Assembly (NCBI GenBank): GCA_963693365.1
Contig: CAVNZM010000009.1
Location: 5,882,545-5,946,544, forward strand
Reading direction: 5' to 3'
Length of the DNA: 64,000 nt
Origin: Amoebidium appalachense
Lineage: Eukaryota > Protista > Ichthyosporea
Below are positions 13,443-25,783 of this stretch, one piece after another. The translations under genes were made by a program, and so were the position numbers. The first letter of the stretch is position 1, and each line of letters starts with the position of its first letter. The notes under the pieces are model-generated. The model was not told where the DNA came from. It did not search any database and worked only from the letters and a program-made list of their open reading frames with translations.

Positions 13443-14793
13443 TGTTGAATTGTATAAGTATTTGGGATGAAAGCAGAGACACAGTGGTGCAGTATAAAAA
13501 CACCACAGACACACACAACAACAAAGCACGGAACGATCGGAGCAGTGTACACAACAGACATCAATGTTTAGACACGACTGAACTGAATTTATTCTGATCT
13601 TCGAATAAATACCTGAAATTCCTCTAAGTCCAATCCATACATGATTTCCGACCAGTCGGAAATCAGATCTATCTCTAATAGAAACCAATCACTAAGAACC
13701 AATTGCTTTCAGAGAGATCCGGTACGCGGAGGCGTACACGATAGGACACAGACACTAGTTAAGGTCAACTCGTGTCATCATCAAGGAAGTTCTAACCTAT
13801 GACATACTGCAAAGACTCAGACATATCACACTTAACCTTGATGATTGGTTAAAGCCCGGCAACACATGAAAACTAAAGTAAATTAATGAAGTCTAAACAC
13901 ACATGCTATTCTAAGTGTAGCCTAAGTGTGTTACCGTCCAATGAACACGTATTAAGTAACACAAATTTACCTAACATATATTAGTAGAAAAGAAATACGA
14001 TTATACACATGAAGACAAGGAGAGAAAGAAAAGAAAATAAGGAAGGAGAAAGAGGAAGGAAAAGAGAGCACAGATCAACAAACAAGATAGTAATAGCATA
14101 ACTATAACCAGAGATATTTATGTACACACGAACATGTACACGTCTCTCCATGAGTGGGTGGATCCGTGTACACACATATAAATATTCTAATCGATATTAC
14201 AACACACGATTAAAGCCGATACAACACGATTACAAGTATACAAGCATATCGGAGATCGATGCTACACTTTACATAATAGGAGTGTGGCATTTACACTAAG
14301 CATATGAACTGAAACATAACACAAACTGAGAAGATCTTACCATATGTAAATACTACGTATTACAACATCCCCACTTAAGACTTTGAAGTTTGTGTTATCA
14401 TATCCCCACTGCCAGTGAACTAGTGAAATCTCCCCACTTGAGAACAGAAACGGAAAGAAAAAAAAAAAAAATTAAAGTGTGTACTTTTCCGGGGGGGGGG
14501 GGGGGGGGGGGAGGGGGGAGAGGGGGGGGGAGGGGGGGGGAAGGGGGGGGAAGGGGGGGGGGGGGGGGGGGAAGGGAACCGGGGCAAAAACAACGAATAT
14601 GTATAACGTGTATAGTCGGGGTTTGATTAACTGGGTTTTAAACCAGTGAAAGATAGAGTAGAGTCATGGTACAGGTCAAACCTTATATAAAAACCCTAAG
14701 TGGGCATACCCACAAAGGCAATATACATATGAAATAATGATTATGATAAAGTAAGTAGTAAACATTAGAAAATCACTCTTGAAGTAGGACGGG

Positions 14794-17700
14794 TCAATCC
14801 ACAATATCCGGCAAACAAAGTCGAGCACGATGGGTGACATGACTCGGGCCGGGGAGGGGTTTGGTGAGGATGTCAGCTAAGTTGTGGGCTGACTCAACGT
14901 AGTGGACAACCACATCCCCACTTGCAATGTAGTCCTTGGTGTTGTGATACCGGACGGCAATGTGTTTGGTACGGTCCTTGATGCCGGTGGAGTTGACGAT
15001 GGCAATGGTCGACTGGTTGTCACAGTACACCGGAGTCGGAGCAAGCATGGGGCAGCCGAGTTCCTTGAAGAGGTCACGGACCCAAGCAACTTCTTGGGTG
15101 CCAGCATTGAGAGCAATCAGCTCAGCTTCAGTGGTGCTGGTGGCCGTTATGGGCTGGAGCTTGGAGTACCAGATGATGGGCATACCAGCAAACTCGATGA
15201 TGTAGCCGGTGGTAGACTTCTTGCTGTCGGCACAACCAGCAAAGTCAGCATCCGTGTAGCATTCGAGTATGGGGGGCTGGGTGGCCGAGTACTTGTAGTC
15301 AATGCCAAGGTCAATGGTGCCGAGCAGGTACCGGGCCACACGACGGAGAAGGTCCCAGTGAGTCTTGCCGGGGTTGGTGCTGAACCGACCAACTTGAAGG
15401 AAGCCAATGGCATAGGCAATGTCGGGACGTGTGCACCGGGCCACCCAGAGGAGACGGCCGAGTAACTCACGGTAGGGCACGGTGAACGGGGGGGGGGGGG
15501 GCAGTCAGCCAGGGAGACGGTGGTGCCTGCAGGGATGGGGGTAGACTTGGACTTGGCATCGGTGAGGTTGAAGTCGTGGATGATATCCATGATGTAAGAC
15601 CTCTGGTGCATGTGGAGGTGATGGGGATCAGAGTGATTAAAATCAACACCGAGCATACGGTCAAATGGACTCATACGACAGCTGGCCATCTTGCTGATGT
15701 GGGCAGCCAGGTCACTGGCAGCAGTAGAACCCCGGGTGTTGGTGATGGTGGAGTCGTCGACGTAGTTACCAGCCCGAACCACATCGTTGTTGGGGAAGAA
15801 CCGGAGGTAGATGCACGGGTCTGTCTTAGTACGGGTCAGGCCATGGGCAAGAAGAATGCCGTCGAGGAAGTCGTACCAAGCCTTGGAGGCTTGCTTGAGG
15901 CCGTACAGGGCTTTCTTGAGTCTCCAGACCTTGCCAAGTGTGGCCATGGTGATGAATCCCGGGGGTTGTTTCATGTAGATGGTCTCGGTGAGTGGGCTGT
16001 TGAGAAAGGCCGTAGACACGTCGAGTTGATGGATGTCATGACCTTCAACAACGGCCAGAGCTAGGATAGCACGGAGAGCAGCCGGACGGATGACAGGGCT
16101 CTCAATCAACTCATAGTCAACACCGTATTGCTGACTGAAGCCTTGAGCAACACCACGGGCCTTGATCTTGGTGTCACCAGCCGAGTTGAGAGTTTTCTCG
16201 GAGACAATCCACTTGAAGCCGACGATGTTAGCACCAGGGGGAGGGTCAACAAGTTCAAAGATGTCTTTGTCAACGAAGGCTTGATACTCAGCAGTGAGGG
16301 CTGACTTGACCTGGTCACCATTGGGTCCGGAACACAGTTGACGGACAAGTTTGGGTAGTTGGTCGATGTTGATGGGGGGACCGGGGGGGACTGGCAGGGT
16401 GGTGGTGGCTTGAAGTCCAACCTTGCCCTGTAGACGGGCAGAACGATGGGGTGCAGGAACCGGGGGAGGTGGAGAACGGGGGGGGGGGAACTTGGAAGTT
16501 CGGAATTGCAGGGGGGGGCAACCTCCGGGCTGGACGGGGCCGAGTGGAAGTTGTCGGGGGAGCCGGGTCGGATGGGTGTGACTTTGCCAGGGGCAGGATG
16601 AGGGTCGGCAGGCTGGACGGGCACGGGGGCAGGGGGGCCGGTGGGGGGGGGGTGTCGGGGGAACGACGATGGCAGGAGGGGGGCCAGAGTACGTCCAGAC
16701 AAACATCATCTTCAGTGTCAACTGTGGGGGGTGGGGTGGTCGAGGTAGCAGTAGTGTCGGGGGTCGGAAGTGTTGAGGGAATGTCGGACGGGAGATAAGC
16801 TGATTCGTCGAAAATCACATCACGGAAGAGGCCGACACGATGGGTGGTGGGGTTGAAGATCCGGTGGCAGTGTGATTGAAGATCATAGCCGATATACATG
16901 CCGAGTTTGACGGTGGGGGCCAGCTTGTTCCGTTTAGAGGCTGGCACATGAGTGTAGGCAGGGCAACCGAACACTTTGAGTTCGGAGATGTCGGGCTTGA
17001 CACCGTAGAAAACCTCGAATGGTGTACGACCATTGGCAGTCGTGGACGGGGTGACGTTGATGATGTAGGCGGCATGTTGGAGGGCCTCAGCCCACAGTTT
17101 GGGGGACAGAGACTGATCTTGGACTTGATGGAGGAGGCAACGAACAATCTCTTGTAGGAACCGCATACGACGTTCAACGTAGCCGTTCAGTTGAGGGCAG
17201 TCCACCGGAGCATAGCTGGCCTTGATGCCCTGGGAGAGGCAAAAACACGGGTAGCCTTGGAGGTGAACTCAGAGCCGGAGTCGAAGTGGTAGACACCAAC
17301 TTTGGAGGGGGCATGGGTAGCAACGAGGTTGGTGTGAGCTGTGAGAATGTCCAGGGTGTTTGTACGGTCGGCCATCGGGTAGATCTTGACGAGTCCAGAG
17401 GCACGGCAGAGAGTGACGAGAGCAACCTTGGAACCTCCGTACGATGTTGTGGTAGGCTCAAAAAAATCCCAATGCCATTCATGACCGGGGATGTTGGAGT
17501 GAGGACGGTCACCCTTGAACGGAGCCTTGGTGGTTTTACCCATAATGCAGCCATGACAATCAGGAACATCACAGTCGAGGACAGACGAGGGGAGACCAAT
17601 AACAAGGTCGTGTTTCACCATGTCCTTGATGCTGGTCATAGCACGGTGCCCCAGACGATGGTGCCAGATGGATGGGTTAACACTGGTAGTGGCAGCCAGA

Positions 17701-19840
17701 GCCACAGGACGAGTGGGTGGTTGAATGGTGTAGTCCTTGAAGTAATACAGACCGTTGTGGAGACGGAGGTTGACGAGATGACGGCCGGTGAGTCGGTCGA
17801 AGAGGAATGACGGAGTGGAGGCATCATTCAAATCGTGACCCTTGATGTATTCGGCAGCAGCTTGGGATGTTGAAATGAGGAAGGCTTGGCCAGACGGGGT
17901 GTAGTAGGCTTCAATGGTAAGGGTGGCAGTGCCATGGTCGGTGGTGGTGTTGATGACGATATGGCCGGTGTGGGTGGCCAAGACGGGGGTGCCATTGAAG
18001 GCAGCAACGGGAGTCGGTGTCGGAAGGGGAGTGAGGTCATGGAAGAACTCACGGGTGGGGCAGACAGTCATGTTACACCCGGAATCCCAGGCAGGGTCGG
18101 AGGACACGGGGACGGAGCTAGCATTGTATGCCGAGAAAGCAAAGGAGACAGATTTCTCACTGCCTTGACGGGAACGGTTGTGTCTGGACATACGGCATTT
18201 CGGCTCAGGGCAATCGATGATCGTGTGATCAGGCTCGTGGCAGTAGGAGCATGCTTTCACGGACGGGGTGTTAGAACGAGCCGGGGAATCAGAACGACGG
18301 GAACCCGAGAAACGGGAACGACTGGGGGGAACGAGACGTGGACCGGAAGGCAGGCCGGTGGGGGGGAACGGGATCGGGTGTGCTGACGGGAGAGACGAGT
18401 TCGGAGGTCCGTGCCAGGGGTACGGTCAAGTCGGTTGCGTAAGTCACGGCGAGGAAGATCACGGGGGGGAGCACTGGCATTTAATGCCATGCTGGACTTG
18501 GAGGCACGGTGGGCACGGTTGCTCCGGAGTTGCATCTTGAGGTCTTGACGTAGCTCGATGCCCTTGACGTGGTTGTGGAGGGACTCGAAGTGTTGTAATA
18601 CGTAGTATTTACATATGGTAAGATCTTCTCAGTTTGTGTTATGTTTCAGTTCATATGCTTAGTGTATATGCCACACTCCTATTATGTAAAGTGTAGCATC
18701 GATCTCCGATATGCTTGTATACTTGTAATCGTGTTGTATCGGCTTTAATCGTGTGTTGTAATATCGATTAGAATATTTATATGTGTGTACACGGATCCAC
18801 CCACTTAGGGAGAGACGTGTACATGTTCGTGTGTACATAAATATCTCTGGTTATAGTTATGCTATTACTATCTTGTTTGTTGATCTGTGCTCTCTTTTCC
18901 TTTCTCTTTCTCCTTCCTTATTTTCTTTTCTTTCTCTCCTTGTCTTCATGTGTATAATCGTATTTCTTTTCTACTAATATATGTTAGGTAGATTTGTGTT
19001 ACTTAATACGTGTTCATTGGACGGTAACACACTTAGGCTACACTTAGAATAGCATGTGTGTTTAGACTTCATTAATTCACTTTAGTTTTCATGTGTTGCC
19101 GGGCTTTAACCAATCATCAAGGTTAAGTGTGATATGTCTGAGTCTTTGCAGTATGTCATAGGTTAGAACTTCCTTGATGATGACACGAGTTGATCTTAAC
19201 TAGGGTCTGTGTCCTATCGTGTACGTCTCCGCGTACCGGATCTCTCTGAAAGCAATTGGTTCTTAGTGATTGGTTTCTATTAGAGATAGATCTGATTTCC
19301 GACTGGTCGGAAATCATGTATGGATTGGACTTAGAGGAATTTCAGGTATTTATTCGAAGATCAGAATAAATTCAGTTCAGTCGTGTCTAAACATTGATGT
19401 CTGTTGTGTACACCGCTCCGATCGTTCCGTGTTTTGTTGTTGTGTGTGTCTGTGGTGTTTTCACACTGCACCACTGTGTCTCTGCTTACATCCCAAATAC
19501 TTATACAATTTAACACGAAGTCGGGGAATAGCTTATCACCGAAGTGATAGTCTTCGATAAGACGGTTGAACTCAGGGGTGAGGTCGTCTCTGGTGGTGAG
19601 TTCATTGAAGAACTTCTCAGCTAGACGAGTGAAGTGAATGGACTCATCTTGGAGGGACTGGAGCTGGTTCACGATGGTCTGCAGACGAGTCAGGTAGGTG
19701 GTGAATGATTCACCGGGCTGAAGGGCACAGGCATCCCACTGACGGTGAAGGATGCGGATCTGATCGGGTTTGCCTTGGAGGTTATGTTGACGGAATTTCC
19801 ACATGGTTATTTTGTTTACACCAGTTTTGTTTGGATCCAT
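14794..19840 (-). pseudogene. Copia gag-pol polyprotein, frameshifted and split by a solo LTR
   Basis: ATG at 19840 (MDPNKTG); CSYCHEPDHTIIDC knuckle; protease WDSGC; WHHRLGH..CHGC; integrase FDSGSEF..PQLNGYVER; RT KARGVAQGF, QLDVSTAFLN, LYGLKQ, YVDD; RNase H YTDADFAG, STTEAE, DNQS, ADILTK. Confidence 0.93.
18591..19515 (+). mobile_element. Solo LTR of the same Copia family, inserted antisense into its own gag
   Basis: 925-bp reverse-complement match to the flanking LTRs; TGTTGTAATA...TTTAACA; perfect TSD CGAAG (18586-18590, 19516-19520). Confidence 0.93.
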
Positions 19841-20827
19841 GATTGAAAAACGATCGCTAGTTCTAGATGTGTGTAGGGAGCGTGCAAAAGGGCTGCATAA
19901 CCTGTTGAATTGTATAAGTATTTGGGATGAAAGCAGAGACACAGTGGTGCAGTGTAAAAACACCACAGACACACACAACAACAAAGCACGGAACGATCGG
20001 AGCAGTGTACACAACAGACATCAATGTTTAGACACGACTGAACTGAATTTATTCTGATCTTCGAATAAATACCTGAAATTCCTCTAAGTCCAATCCATAC
20101 ATGATTTCCGACCAGTCGGAAATCAGATCTATCTCTAATAGAAACCAATCACTAAGAACCAATTGCTTTCAGAGAGATCCGGTACGCGGAGACGTACACG
20201 ATAGGACACAGACCCTAGTTAAGGTCAACTCGTGTCATCATCAAGGAAGTTCTAACCTATGACATACTGCAAAGACTCAGACATATCACACTTAATCTTG
20301 ATGATTGGTTAAAGCCCGGCAACACATGAAAACTAAAGTAAATTAATGAAGTCTAAACACACATGCTATTCTAAGTGTAGCCTAAGTGTGTTACCGTCCA
20401 ATGAACACGTATTAAGTAACACAAATTTACCTAACATATATTAGTAGAAAAGAAATACGATTATACACATGAAGACAAGGAGAGAAAGAAAAGAAAATAA
20501 GGAAGGAGAAAGAGGAAGGAAAAGAGAGCACAGATCAACAAACAAGATAGTAATAGCATAACTATAACCAGAGATATTTATGTACACACGAACATGTACA
20601 CGTCTCTCCCTGAGTGGGTGGATCCGTGTACACACATATAAATATTCTAATCGATATTACAACACACGATTAAAGCCGATACAACACGATTACAAGTATA
20701 CAAGCATATCGGAGATCGATGCTACACTTTACATAATAGGAGTGTGGCATTTACACTAAGCATATGAACTGAAACATAACACAAACTGGGAAGATCTTAC
20801 CATATGTAAATACTACGTATTACAACA

Positions 20828-23800
20828 CGAGCAGCACCGATGTAATACAGGAGGTGAAATGTTAAGTGGCACTCCGGTGAATAAGGATGCATCCACTTGT
20901 GATGGGGGTAACCCGGAGTTAGTATTGCCGTTTGGTATGAAGGAGGGGGATTGGACGGTAGAACAGAAAAAATTGCTAGCTAAGTTATTTGATAGGACTC
21001 GGTTTGCATTTCTGGCCGATGATAACGAAGTAGGCTTCGTTAAAGGGTTTGAAATGCAGATCGACACAGGTGATAATAGGCCGGTAGTGATGCAGTAGCT
21101 ATAGAATGGAGCAGTATAAATTGTCGGATGCGCTAATAATAGTGAGTGATATGTTTAAAAAGGGTCATGTGGAGCATAGTTCGAGTCCGTGGAGAAGTCC
21201 GGTGCTATTGGTTAAGAAGCCCGACGGGTCTTAGCGTCTAGTGAACGATTACAGGGCTCTGAATCGGATCACTAAGGCAGACCAATGGCCTCTCCCTAAC
21301 ATAGACGAGCAGCTTTCACAGCTGCACGGCTATACTCACTTTGCTAAACTTGATTTAAAAGCAGCTTTTTGGCAGATAAGGTTGGAGGAGAGCAGCAAGG
21401 AGAAGACTGCATTTGCACTGGGTGACCAGCTGTTCGAGTACAAGGTGGTGCCGATGGGTTTGCTCTCCTCTCCAGCTATGTTGTGCCGGGTAATGTATAA
21501 AATTCTCCACCCTCATTTGGATGTATGCCACCCTTATTTGGATGATGTTTTAATTAAAGGTAGGTCATTTGAGGAGTTAGTTAATAATTGTGAAAAAGTA
21601 TTTTTAGCTTTGGGTGAGTCTGGTCTTCGTATTAGCGGTAGCAAGACTGTGATTGGTGTGCCGGAGGTTAAGTTTTTAGGTCATATTGTGTCTAGTAATG
21701 GTCTTTCCCCTGATCCGGAGAAAATCCGGGCCATAGTTGAGTGGCCCCGTCCTCAGACTGTCACTCAACTACGGCAATTTTTAGGTTTAACTAATTATCT
21801 TCGTCGTTATATTAAAGATTATAGTATGCTTGCTTTGCCGTTAACTAGTCAGACGGGGGGGAAGAAGAAGAATAGAATAGATTGGAATGTTGATGCTGTT
21901 TCTGCTTTCGAAAAGCTTAAGTTAGCTTTGCAGTCTTCGAGTATGCTTGTTCATCCTGATTTTTCGGCCGGGGGGGGGATGTTTAAAGTTCGGTGTGATG
22001 CAAGTAAGGTTGCTGAGGGGGCCGTGTTATATCAAGTGCAGGAGGGGCAGGATAGAGTGATTGCTTATGCTAGTCGTTCATTTAGTAAAAGTGAACGTAG
22101 ATATAGCAATCCAGAGAGAGAGTCCCATGCTATCTTTTGGGCAGTCTCACAGGCATGCCATGGTATATACTCGCAGGCAGGACGTTTGAGGTCTACACCG
22201 ACCACAAGCCCTGCCTAGCCATGGCCGGCACCACTCGTCTGGTCAACGAGAGGATGCAGAAGTGGGCAGCGGCTCTCGGTGAGTTCTCCTATAAATTGTT
22301 TTATGCCAAGGGTGAAACAATGGTTGACTGTGATGCTCTCTCTCGTGCTGCTTATATTTTGTTTGAAGAAGAGAAGGAGGGGGAGGGGGGGGCTAGTGAG
22401 AGACGGGGGGGGGAGGCGGGAAAGGGGGGGAGAGTGAGCAGAAAGGAATACTTGCTGTGTCTGTTGATGTGTCTTCTTGGGCTCCGGGGTTGCTTGCTTA
22501 TAAGTGCCAGTGTAGGGGAGGGGGGGGGAGGTATTTGTCCGTGTCTGAGGTCGGGACCGAGTCTCATGGCTCGGCCCCTGCCTTAGCACCTACGGCTTTG
22601 ATCTTAGCTCAGGAGGAAGATGTGTTGATTGGTCTGGTTAAGAATTATTTAAAGGGGCCGGTTGATTCGATTAAATTTAAAAATAAAAGGCAGATGATTA
22701 AGGTAGCTAAGTTAGCAAAAATGTGTCAGGTAGAGCAGGATTTAGTTTATCATTGTTCTGGGCCAGACGGACACCGAGTTTGGGTCCCGACGGCACTTGT
22801 GCCTGAGGTTTTGCATATGGTGCATGAGCATCCCATGGCTGGTCATTTAGGTGTAAATAGGACGTTGCTTCGTGTTAATCGTTCGTATTTTTGGCCGGGT
22901 ATGAGTAGGGAGGTGAGGGATTATGTGTTGTCATGCATGCATTGTCAGGAAAGGAATGAGAGTCCCCACTCTCGTTCCCGCCCGTCGTTTATTAGGGATT
23001 TTAATGTTCGTATGTTTGAAAGAGTAGCAGTGGATGTGGTCGGTCCTTTTAATTCTACGGTTGAGGGTAACACTGTTCTTGTTACCGTCACCGATGTGGC
23101 CACTCGTTGGGTTGAAGTTTTTCCTCTCCCCACTGCTAATGCCGTTTTGTTTGCTCGTATTTTTGTGGATGAAATTTGTCTTAGGTTTGGTTGTCCTCGT
23201 GTTTTGTTAACGGATAGGAGTCGTTGTTTTTAAATCAGTTCAAGTTGGTGTCGGAGGTGTGTAAAATTTTAAGGGTAGCTCATATCACTACGTCTGCATA
23301 TCACCCTCAAGCAAATGCCATCTCTGAACGTGTGCATGCAGTGTTTCAGAAGTCCTTTGGCAAAATGGTGGATGTGGAGGCTAATGATTGGGATCATATG
23401 TCTAGGTTTATTGCTCATTCTTATAATTCTACCCCTCATGCTGTGACTGGTTTTTCTCCGTTTTATTTGGTCTATGGGCAGGAGGCTATTAGTTTGTTAG
23501 ACACGGCACTTTTGCCGATGGGGGGGGCTGACCGACTAACTTATCCCCACTGGACTGAGTTCCGGGAGCAGCTACTACTTAGTAACCCGGGCCCGGGCTG
23601 CGTGACGTGATGCAGCTCTGGCCCGTACACAGCAGGCACAGGCACGTGCAGACGTGTCCACACGTCCGTTACGTGAATTTGCCGAGGGTACTTTAGTTTT
23701 AATTAGGGATCATACTAGGAAAAAGAGATATAAGCAGGAGCAGGAAGGTAAGGGTGAAGGTGAAGGTCTTCGTAAGTATGGTAAGAAATGGTTGCCTCTT

Positions 23801-24367
23801 TTTATCGGTCCGTATAAAATAGTGGCTAGGTTAGGTCCGACGGAATATAAGGTGCAGAGGTTAGATAATGATGAGAGTGATGTTAGATTTTATAATGTAA
23901 ATGATATAAAGGAATATTATGATAGGGCCCTTAGGGTTAAACGGCCGGAGGGCCGTCGAGTGTTAGATGCATTCACCCCCGACTATGACGGGTCGGTGGA
24001 TGTATCGGAGGCTGCAGTAGATAAAATTATGGATAAAAAGGTTATTGAAGGTAAGGAAGGTAAGGTAAATTATTATTTAATTCGTTTTGAGGGAGGTTAT
24101 CAGGAAGATCAGTGGTTGCCTGAGTTTCATTTGGATTGCCCGTTTTCTATTCGTGCTTATGAGGCTAGATTAGTGCAGAGGGAGTTGCCTAGTGCTCCCT
24201 CTAGGCCAAAGAGAGTTATTCCTCCGTTTAATCGTGGTGTGAAAAAGTCGGTGGGGGAGGGGGCCGGGGGGGGAGTGATGCAAACTTTACACGTAGACAC
24301 ACGTCGGGGGGAGGGGGAGGGGGGAGGGAGACCGAGGAGGAGTGTGAACGTAGTCGTAGGAATTTAA
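20828..24367 (+). pseudogene. pol: Gypsy pol: RT, RNase H, integrase and C-terminal chromodomain, with stops and frameshifts
   Basis: SPWRSPVLLVKKPDGS*RLVNDYRALN, LDLKAAFWQ, YLDD, CDASK, YTDHKP, DALSR; HHCC zinc finger (HEHPMAGHLG..CMHC); DVVGP, TDRS, YHPQANAISER; FIGPY; chromodomain VDKIMDKK..YYLIRFEGGYQEDQWLPEFHL. Confidence 0.93.
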
Positions 24368-24551
24368 TTTATTATCATAGGTGTCTCCGTAGGTATCGAG
24401 CTTATGGTGTAGATTTATTTATTACTTTTCTTCGTAATTTATTTAATTTAATTTTTTTTAGGAGACTGATTAGTCTATGTCTTTTTAGGGGGGTGTCAGA
24501 TGTAATGTGACTGAGGTGGGACTCAGCTTTTCCGGGGGCCGGGGGGGGAGT

Positions 24552-25279
24552 TGACATATACTAATCCGTCTCAGCAGATTAGCCTAAGTCTACGATCGAG
24601 ATCGGGGGGGGGGGGGGGGGGGGGGGGAGGCCGGGTCCACAGATCATCAAGATCAAGTCCGGGGCCTCAAGATAGCTGTACAGCTGCGTGCATCTTGCCT
24701 CTGCCGGCGCAGGGCATTGGACCACGTCAGCCGGGGCAGCCGACCAATAGAATTCTAATTAGTGTGTAGGATAGATCGTAGGAGGACTTAGGAATGTGAT
24801 TGTTCGGGCAGAAACCCTTTTGTAAGTATTGGCAAGGTTTGATAGTGTATGTTGCCAAACGTATTTATATATTTAGATGTAGAGGAAAGGGGGGGGAGGG
24901 AGGGGGGGGGAGGATAGTATGAAATGTAGATTTAGACTCTGCGGTGCCACTAGGGGGAGGGGGAGGGGTGAGACATGGATAAATATATTAGTTGAGTAGA
25001 TCGACTTAGCTCGTGCAGGCGCACGATAAAAGTAGATCGGGATGTTTGGAATGTGGCATCGTAGGGGGGGCAGGTGATGATGATCTTTGAGGGCACGGCC
25101 TTGATGGCCTCAGTTGTAACTTAGTCTCATTCCGTACGGATCCAAGTTTGCCCGTCGGAGCCTGGTCTGAATAAACTTTACCGTTTTTCCGTACACGTTC
25201 GTTCCTTTTCGTGTTTGTACACTTAGTAGCCTAGCTGAGAGTGCCGCGTCTCTAGTACATACACAATAGGATACGACTA
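24552..25279 (+). repeat. Gypsy copy 1 3' LTR
   Basis: Direct repeat of 9468-10196, preceded by the PPT and followed by TSD GCTTG. Confidence 0.92.
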
Positions 25280-25783
25280 GCTTGTGGTCGGACGCAGTAG
25301 ATAGCGCAACATCGGAAAGTGGAGAAAAACGAACGGATGATGCTCAAATGGAAGCACACCAGTCCGTACGATGAGCAGCCTCTATCTGTGGAAGGCGAAG
25401 GTAGCATGCATTGAAGAACTGCTGAATGGTACGAGCATGGCTATTGTAGGGACAAAACCTGGTGAGTGGGATGGTGGAGTGAACTTGGGAGATCGGTGCA
25501 ATAGAACACTGTTTAAAGTCACCGATGATTGCATGTGAACTTGAACGGGGAAGTGACCGTAAGATGTGATGAACCTCCGTATCCGAGAGTGAAGGGGAAT
25601 ATAAACAAACGTGAATACCCGATGCTGATAAAGAATGGAAACATGGTACTCCCCGGAATTGACCAATCGGCAATCAGATGCTACACCTGGATTGGCTAAT
25701 ACGGCTACACCTCGGCATCGATGATTGGGTGAATAAACTGACGTACCAATCAGACAATTGGATTGCTGAAGCTGATGCCATTG
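25280..25783 (-). pseudogene. LINE apurinic-type endonuclease fragment (continuation of 5741-9467)
   Basis: Lies directly beyond the second GCTTG TSD; minus-strand peptides RCRGVAVL, VCLYSPS and AIIGDF resemble APE endonuclease motifs. Confidence 0.7.

Larger units (their letters stand above)
13443..20827 (-). mobile_element. Ty1/Copia LTR retrotransposon nested in Gypsy pol; 925-bp LTRs 19903-20827 (5') and 13443-14367 (3')
   Basis: TG...CA LTRs; TSD TGAGC/CGAGC (one mismatch); PBS GGTTATGCAGCCC next to the 5' LTR; PPT AAGTGGGGA; order gag-PR-IN-RT-RH. Confidence 0.95.
9468..25279 (+). mobile_element. Full-length Ty3/Gypsy chromovirus-like LTR retrotransposon, copy 1 (disrupted by Copia insertion)
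   Basis: LTRs 9468-10196 and 24552-25279; TSD GCTTG (9463-9467, 25280-25284); order gag-PR-RT-RH-IN-chromodomain; G-rich PPT 24533-24550. Confidence 0.95.
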
